From Catajapyx aquilonaris (taxonomy: Eukaryota), in contig JYFJ02002547.1 in NCBI GenBank assembly GCA_000934665.2, forward strand, positions 1 to 54,967: a DNA stretch of 54,967 nt, in the 5' to 3' direction. This document shows positions 34,701-43,700 of this stretch, in pieces. The translations under genes were made by a program, and so were the position numbers. Each line of letters starts with the position of its first letter. The first letter of the stretch is position 1. The notes beneath the pieces are model-generated. The model saw only the letters and a list, made by a program, of their open reading frames with translations, did not search any database and had not been told where the DNA came from.

Positions 34701-37700
34701 CACCACTTCTGCCCCGCTCCTATCTTTCAGGCAGATACAAGCCTAGGAAAGTAGGTAAAAGTGCTGTGTCAGCCAATATGAAAGTGTAGCCCTAAAATGA
34801 CCTGCATACTTCATACTCCCTGCATATGCACAGGGGTAAAGGAAGGACTTGCACTCCTATAAAGCATGGCATGGTGAATCACAGGGTGGGTGGTGTTTGG
34901 AAATTGCTATCCGTGGATCACAGTTGTAAGATTACAGATTCTTTCCTGCTTTCTAGAGACTCTACTGTAACTGGGATGGATTATGATGATTCCTCAATCT
35001 CTGCCACTACTCTCCAGCCAGCCTGCCACCCTCACTGCAGACTTCTGACCTCTGCCTGCCTCCTCCAATTCTGGTGGAATCAGTCATCAATCCAACACTT
35101 AATGCCAATCATGAATTAGTGGACATATGAATCTGGTTTTACAATGGGCATCCTTTTGGGCTGAGTTGAAGGCCTCTCCTCAGTTGGGAGCCACCTGTCA
35201 GCCCATCAACTTGATTGAGACCTATCCCTCTCACCTGCCTCAAGCACCCTTCCCTCAATCCATATTCCCATACCTGGATAACCTTCCTCTCTCTATTTGT
35301 CTGAAAACTTTCCATAATATCATTTGGCTGGATCTGACATCAGGATACCTTTTCCAACTCTCTGCTGGAGTGGAGGACGACTGGACACTGGATAGTAGTT
35401 TTCACACAGTCTTAGCATCACATGTTATCTTGAGCCAGTTTACTCCGGGAAACCCACTTTGCCAAACAACCTTCTCACATTGCCAGGTGGAGGAAATATA
35501 CTCACTTTCAAACCTGTTGACAGCCAGGAAGTCATCTCTGCCATAAAGCTTGAGGCATGAGTGTGTCTCTGGCCTGTCTTCATGTATACCCAAGCCTCTC
35601 TCCTGCGCCTGTGCCAAGGTGTCGACACAAGCAAGCAGATGTATGGCTGCACGAGAACGGCTCACAAAACAATCCGGAGCTGTTGGTAAGGACAGGTGTG
35701 GCTGGAGGAGCTCTGGTAGACTTGGTTGCTGCTGCTGAACACCTTGATCCTGCCCCTGGACTTGGACACCAGCCCCGCCATCCCAAACCCAGCGGGCTTC
35801 TGATCCAATCAAATCATAGCAACTCAATTCATGTGTGTCAGCATTGAGGCTCCACAGGATATCATATAGTGGATCCAAGCAGGTAGCAGCTCCTCCAAAG
35901 TCTGCCTGCTCTTCCCCAGCAAAACTGCAACAATTCCCATCCCGGCGGTTTATTACCAAGCACTTGAAGAAGATGGGCTGTTCTCCACCTGTTGGCTGGA
36001 CCACTAGAGGGAAAGGGACACGAAAATTAGTATGCACATCCAAAAATGCTAACTTTCCCTCAATAATCCAAGCCTTACTTATGCAATGCCTGTTGGCTAG
36101 CACAGTTGACTTTCGCAGGTTATGTGCATTAACTAGGCTCTCATCAACTCGCACAAAGGTCTGGTCCCCAGAGGCTCCCACCCATGTGACCCTCCGTCCA
36201 TGTTTGGGTCCCAGCTGGGGAACAAGCCCAGGATATGAGTGCCATGGACTTTCCCTGGATGCCCCAGAGGAAGAGGAGGTCCCTCCCCCAGCAGTGCTGC
36301 TGCCACTCTTGCTGCACCCAGCTGCCCCTTCCTCAGCCACAGATCCAGAAAATATGACTCCAACAGGAGGTGATCTTCCCAGTTGTCCCTTGTGAAAGTT
36401 TCCACATGTGAACACTTCTCCTCTGGTGGTGAGGAAGGCTGAATGGTTACTCCCTGCAGCCAACTGAGCCACACCACAGGGAAGGCGCACCCTGCAAGGG
36501 GAACCCCTCACGGTCTGATCTCCTAGGCCAAGCTGCCCATGGGAGTTGCTGCCAAATGAGTACACTTCCAAGCTCTGCAGCAACAGGAGGGTGTGATGCA
36601 GACCGCAAGCAACCTGAACCACTCTTACATCTCCTGGAACCTGTGAGACAATTCTTCAATCAACAATCATATTAAAGGTATCACTAATATCTGCATGTGG
36701 AACACTACTGTGTCGGGTGTGGGCCAGTCACTTGACATGCTTACAAAATATTGCACAACATTCATGAACTAAGATCAAATGGTAGCATAATGGGGCACAA
36801 TAGTGCCAAGGAGTGTTCATGATCTCTGGAAGAAGCCAGTGGTAGTAATCAAGCCAACAATGATAACTACTGTCACATGAACCACAATCTGCATCCCATT
36901 TTGATAGACAGTGATTAATAGATCAAGAATCTGTTGCAGGGTCAATTTTGTTTGGTACCATAATTTTCAGTGGAAGTTGTTTCTAACGATATTCAGTTAC
37001 AAGTGAAACATTTCTATTTTATTTCTTAGTTGTGAAAGTCTATAAGTTCTTAATTTGGAATTTTTTTGCTTTTCAAATGGTCATAGAAGGTGCTGGGAAG
37101 TTGACAGAATGAGCAGGCTAGTGCCAGCAGCAAAACTGAAGTTCATGCAATTTCAACTGTGTTGATTTATCATCGCCTGTACTGTCAGCTACCTCTCCAG
37201 CGAAATGGAGAAGTTAAAAAGTCTGTTTCTTTGGTGAGTCCATTTGAAAAAATTCCTACATTGCCAAAAGAATGAATGTGTTAAGAGATGGTGCTTCCCA
37301 TTCATCTCCCTCTCCCTTCCAAAACCATGTCCTGCAGATCTTGCCAAATCTGTTTACATTCCTTCAAGATTACTGACCAGTCATTCTACCTAATAATAGC
37401 ATGAAATATATTGATACCTTACTAAAAGTAACTGTTCAATAATTAGCACCTTCATGAAAAAAAAACACCATAAACAGTGTGGACATTGGTACACATGGTA
37501 TTGCAATATATTGCATGTGACATCAAACCCACCTGCAAACGTCCTGGTGGAAGTGAAGCCACCCTCCCTGCTTCCCTCTCAGCATCGCTCCCTGCTCCTC
37601 CTGTGCCACTGGAGGCCTCTTCCTTGCTGCTCTTGAGCAAACCTTTCACAGGCGAGCAGGTAGTAGAATGACCTCTGTGATGCAAGTGGCGTCGCTCTTC

Positions 37701-40700
37701 CATCCGCCGCTGGTACTGTTCTTGCAGACGAGCCCCAGGACGTCCACTGCCTATGGGTCCTATTAACCCCCCTTCTACTGATTAATGAAACAGCATGATA
37801 TCTGCCAATAACTTATGGTGCATACCTTCCATCTTTCCTGCTGGCAGCAATTCAAAAAATGGCGCATTAATTTAATATGCCTGATATGCAAGGACTAAAT
37901 AAAATGTAATGGCAACCTGTTTTCTATGTCAAAATAAGTGAATTAGGCTGATCATTACCCTCCTGCCTTGTGTTGTTCATTGTACCAAATGTTGATGTGC
38001 TGGTTGCCATACTATTGAGTGATTCTTGTCACTGTCTGCCTACTCTGCCATTGCCCACCCTGTACTGCTCATGTCACCTCTGCCAAATGACTGAATGCAT
38101 TGTCATGCAGTAGACATCCTGATGGAGCACAGCTTATGAAATGCTGGTGATTTTGTCATTTGGTATGGCAATGCACTGTAACCATATACTACCTGAAAAC
38201 CAGGTCAACACTCCTTTGTATTATGATCATGTGGAACCTTCCATATTCATCTAGGAATGATGTTCCAGTTAGGTAAACATGTTCTAGAGCACTGCATCAG
38301 GAGATGCCAATTTTACTGACATGTCCACACACAGTCAACATTCACATGGGCATGAGCATATGCCAGAAAATAACTAGCAGGACACCAACATGCAGTTACT
38401 TTAGCAGCATTCTGTGCTGCTGGAAGCAGTGTTGCCACCATTTATTTAGCCTTGAACATTTTTACACAAAAAGTATGGCTGAAGATTCCCTTCCATAATA
38501 ATCATTGGAACAAGCAAAACTGAACTGGGAATGTGAAATTAGGAAGAATTCCCTTCTGAAGTGGTTATGATCTGGTATGGACAATCAGGAGAATTTATTG
38601 TACCCATTTCTTCCTCACCAAGATAAGCCATTCACGAATCACTGTCATTACTAAAACTTTCCATGGGTGGCTTTCACCGACAGATATGGAAGCAACTTCC
38701 AACTAAAGGGTGCCATAGTTTACCCGCATTGCGGCTCCCACATCCTCTAGTCCACTATAGATTATTTGTTGTAAGAAATATAATGATGTAATTACCCAGA
38801 TTATGAGGAACATGAGGAACACCTCCAAATATGAAGTCAAGGCGTATGATCTCCCTCATCTTCATGTCAACCAGGTCCCCTCCAACACCCATCTCCAGCA
38901 TCATCAGTTCCGAGTCATTTGGATTCTCCTTTGCACATGCCCTACAGCATCCACACTCAGCACATCCCGAGTCACCTGAACCACACCCACACTTTTGTCC
39001 TGGGTTGCGATCAGGACGGGTACTACGGATGCAGCTGCTCCCATACCCAGTGCATTCCCGACATACTGTGCACACCATGCATTGCTCCTTGCGCCATACA
39101 TGTTTGCCAGCAGGACAAGAGGAGCCTCCAGTCCCATCTATTTCTCCATCAGTCAACATTCCTGCTGCTCCTTCTTCTGCACCACCAATTGCCATGTACT
39201 CCATGTCATCTATTGGCCCTTCATCATCTTCACCTGCAGTCACCATAGGGACTACATTGGCTTCCTTGGACACGTTGGTGGTAGGGGCTCCAGACCCACT
39301 GAATTCACGTCCACATTGACCCTAGCAGGAGAACAGAAAAACAAAACATTAATGTCTTTTATCAAAGAATCAACACAGTAAATCTCCTCTTGCTTTGGGA
39401 GCTGCAGAATTTCCTTCAGTATGGATCCACTGTTTCACTTGACACTACCACAACGATAATCACAACTGACATGGACAGGGTAAAATTTATCAAATTTAAA
39501 CCTGCAAAATTACAATGACAACAAATTATGGCTTAAAAGGGTGTTCTAATTAAGGTTTATAATTAATAATCGCTGGTAAATCTGGAGAGAAGAGAATGGG
39601 GGACACAGAACTAGCTCAATGCTCTCTCACTGGCAATTCTTCATGTCACTCGATTTAAGCATCAAAGCATACACTTATGTGCAATGAACTCAACTTGTCC
39701 CACGTACATCATGAACTGAAAAGTTTCCTGCACCTCAAGGGAATACACTAACTGTGGAAGACATCTCACACCACTTATTTATGTCTCAAAGGAAAAAAAT
39801 TATCATCAAAACATCTATTTTTTCTTCCTGGCTATTTTAGACTGCAACAGAACAATGAAAGGTCAATTACACACAAGAACCAAACCAAAAAAGGCAGTGC
39901 ATATCCACTTCATAAACTATTTATGGAAACCCCATGCTAAATGTACACATCCACATGCGACTTGACAGTATGTTGGGTAAAATCATCAAATGATACGTAA
40001 TTTTTCTTCTGTACACAACAAAACAGATATCAGGTCCAACATGAAGTAGGTAGGAAATACATTGCGTCGCAAACTTCCAGTCTGTTTCAGAGGCAGTAAT
40101 TTTGTTTGGCACTAAGCTTAATATGGAGCAGTTACTCTTATGAAGTTATCAAAATATTTGCTATTAATATTAGCAGCCTCTCTTCACAATGGAACAACCG
40201 GGAACAACCTACATCCACCAAATGCTGCTGGTAAAGCATATGTACCACACATCTAACTAGTATTATACGCATATATATTAGAAATCAGGGGCAGAAAAGA
40301 TGTTTTATTCAGCCTAATACTTACAGCTATTCTGCTTAATAGCCCCTTAACCCAGTTATGCCGGGAAAAGTTTTTGTTGAATTTTTGAACTTTTATTGTT
40401 TCTATTAGTTCATATTAGTTCCCAAAACACAAAAATCGAGATAAAACATTTTTCTGAATACTTGTTTGTGAGAAAATGGCCGTTCCCTATAAACATGGGA
40501 TGCTAGGAAAATGTAACCTAGTATGGCTTTAACAGTTGTTGATTACATTACCATGGCAACAGTGACATTCAGCAATATCCATAGTTTCATAACATCACCA
40601 ATGATTGATTGTTGTCGATTGCATTACCACAGAAACAGGCCGTGCAAAGAAGGGGTTGTATTTGAGGAACAATCAACAACAATCAAGGATTGTTGCAATG

Positions 40701-43700
40701 GTTGCCATGTTAACCAATTGCCATGTAATCTCGTTTTAATTGCATGGATTCATTAAAATACAGTCTACAAAGCGTACAAAATCCTCACACATACTTTACT
40801 TGTCCAAATGTGGGTGCATTTGCCTCTTGTGTTCCCCCGAGGGGACACCAGATTTCAACACTACTCTCAGACAATACAAGGAAAGTAAAAAATATGCCTA
40901 CATTTCCCCGTCGACATCATCATTCATAAGTTTTCTAAGTATTACAAACAATAAATAACTCATAACATTAATCAATATTCGAGAATTAATTGCTAATCAT
41001 ATTCGGAACATGAAGGTGCAGCCATTATTTCCTGAGTTAAAATTCAAGCACCTGTATCTTAAAAAGCTGAAGCAATATTTGAGCAGGTTTGAACTTGCAT
41101 CATTAGCTGGGACTCTCCTAAAGCCCCCGTGACTACTGCCAGCTCTTTAGCAGCAGAAGAACCAGCGCAAAGAAATTAAAATATAACAACTGTGCAGGTG
41201 TCCCCTATAGGGGACACTCGGCATATCTGGGTTAAAATATTGTACGGTACCTATTCTAAAGTAACTGCTTAATGTAGCATATTAATGCCTGAAAAACTGC
41301 AAAGTGAAACAGACAATTCAATTAGAACACTGCATAAATATTAGCAGTCATTGCCATGCCATAAGAAACAATAGTATCCAAACCTTGTTGTTAATGCCAA
41401 ATGTGTACACATGTCCCTTTGAGCTCAGCACAATGCCATGGGCCTTTCCAAGAGCAGCAGAGACAACCTGCACCTCCCTGAGGTCAGTAACCTGTCCTGT
41501 AGAGTGGTCACAGTAGGCGGATGTGGCTTCCTTTCCGAAAAGATACAACTCTCCTTCTTTGGTCACTAGGGCAGTACTACCATTGTTGCAAGCAGCTGAT
41601 ACTACCTGACGTCCTTCCATCTTTATCATCTTCTTTGGCTTCACAGGCTTAGGCTGCCAACGTGCTTTGCCTGGACAGGAAAAAAAAAACAAGTGTTCAA
41701 ATTACAGTGGTAAATCAAATAAGGTTCCAAAAACCATCACAACATTATAATGTTAATTGGGTAGTAATGACATTTTTATTATATCACGGCAATCAATGAC
41801 AGCATATTTTATATGACACTAGATTCTAAAGTGTGGAATTCTGGAGTTCGAAAATGCATTCATATTAATTACCTAACTGCTGATACCAATTTGTCAGTCA
41901 TTCATAGGAAGAAATGGAGTTCAAATAGGATCGAGAGGACTAAACCTACACAGACCTGACAATACCTCAACTCTTCATTTCAAATAAACAGGATAGCTTC
42001 AGCAAAACCTAAAAACATGCTGTCACTGAATAAAATTAACCTTATGAAAGAATAAAACCAGTACCTTTCCCTCGCTTTTACACTTGCTGGCCAATTTAAA
42101 AAACCTATCAACAGTACTAATACAGTAGAACCCAAAGTATCCGACTCCTCGGTTTATCCGAGCGTCGTGCTCCGGCAATAAATCTGTTTTCTAAGGAAAT
42201 ACTGTAATGTTCTATACATTTGTTTGTTTTGCCTTAGTTAAATATATTGTAAATACAGTACAGTAGATTGTGTGTGTAAAGAAAACACTTCACTATTTTT
42301 TAGAAAACCATAATATTGTACATTATTTCATGCTTTAATATGTTTTTTGTTGTGCTTTATTGAAGTGTTTTTACTCCTCATGTTATCCGACCTTTTCTGT
42401 TATCCGACGATGTCCCGGTACCGTGGATGACGAATAATCAGGGTTCAACTCTACATTGATCACAATATACTGTACAATTACATGTGGTTGGTTGCTGCTT
42501 CCATACACCAGTTTCAATGATCTAATTCACTGTGCTACATAATGTTGAGGATATATCTGTCCAAATAATTTAAAATGTTCAGTTCTGAGTAATACAAGAT
42601 GGCTTCTTCCCGTGGCACAAGTGTAAGACTGCATGAATGAAAGTGTACAGCTCTTGTGTAAAGACATAAATGGTCTACAACATTGGACTTCTAAGTTCCA
42701 CACTTCCCTATTTCAGGGTTGCGCTTGCAACACCTTTCTCTGCTCACAACTCAAAAATGGCTCCAAAGTATGATCTACAAGCCAACCCCCCCGCAACTCC
42801 TACGATATGGTTGGGTACTTAGAGAGTCTCCACCAGCCTAGAATCTGGCGCTGGCATCACTCACTGGGGTCATCGGGTTGCCAGGTGCATTTGGGCGGGT
42901 GGCCGAATCTGCAGAATGAGGCTGAGGGTGCTGTATTGACGACTTTGACGTGAGTATTGATGGTTTGGGTTGGTTCAGAAGGCGTCCACCGGATTGAATC
43001 TGGCAACCCGCTGGCCTCGGTGAGAGCCAGCAGAGACTCTCCAAGTACACTACGGTCACCAGAAGACTAGGGTGGGAGTTGCTACACGCTAACATGCCCT
43101 TTACCCCTGATTTAACTACTATACATAACTGTCACCTGTTACTTCTCAGCTTTCCTGAGTTAGGTATCAATGCCCTTCCAACCCTGAAGATGCTTATTAA
43201 AATAACAAATATGTCTGACTCACTTTGGTCAGCATCTTCCCCACGTCGTGCAGTCCCAACGAAGAACACAGCACCGTCCTCTGCCACTAGCACCGCGTGC
43301 AATCCTTCATGTCCTGCTGCACAGTGAACAATCTTGGGTGACTTTGTGATGGGCAGTTCCCCCCATTTGGCTCCGCTTTTGGTTCCTCCTGGACCCTGCT
43401 TGACACCCAAACTTGACCCTCTCCCAGCATAAAGAACTTTCCCTGAGTGGGTTCTGACAAGTGCAAAGTCTTTTCCGGCAACCACTGAAGCAGTGTCTTC
43501 TTCAGCACCACTCAAAATCCCCCTGCACCCTGACTCAGAGTCAAATGCTGTGGCACCAAAGACATCCAAGCACTTGCGTGCCAATTTTAGGGGCAGCTCA
43601 CTGGTGCAGGACATGCTGCGCCAATTATTGCTTGTGCCAGAGCGCCAATCAAAGGATTGTACCACCACAGTGTCCTCCTTGGCAGCAGTGATAAGTCCGA

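Noticed and set aside
34570..35400. RTE-like LINE 3' remnant on the minus strand
   Set aside because: Only a faint peptide resemblance with many stops; cannot be supported without a search.
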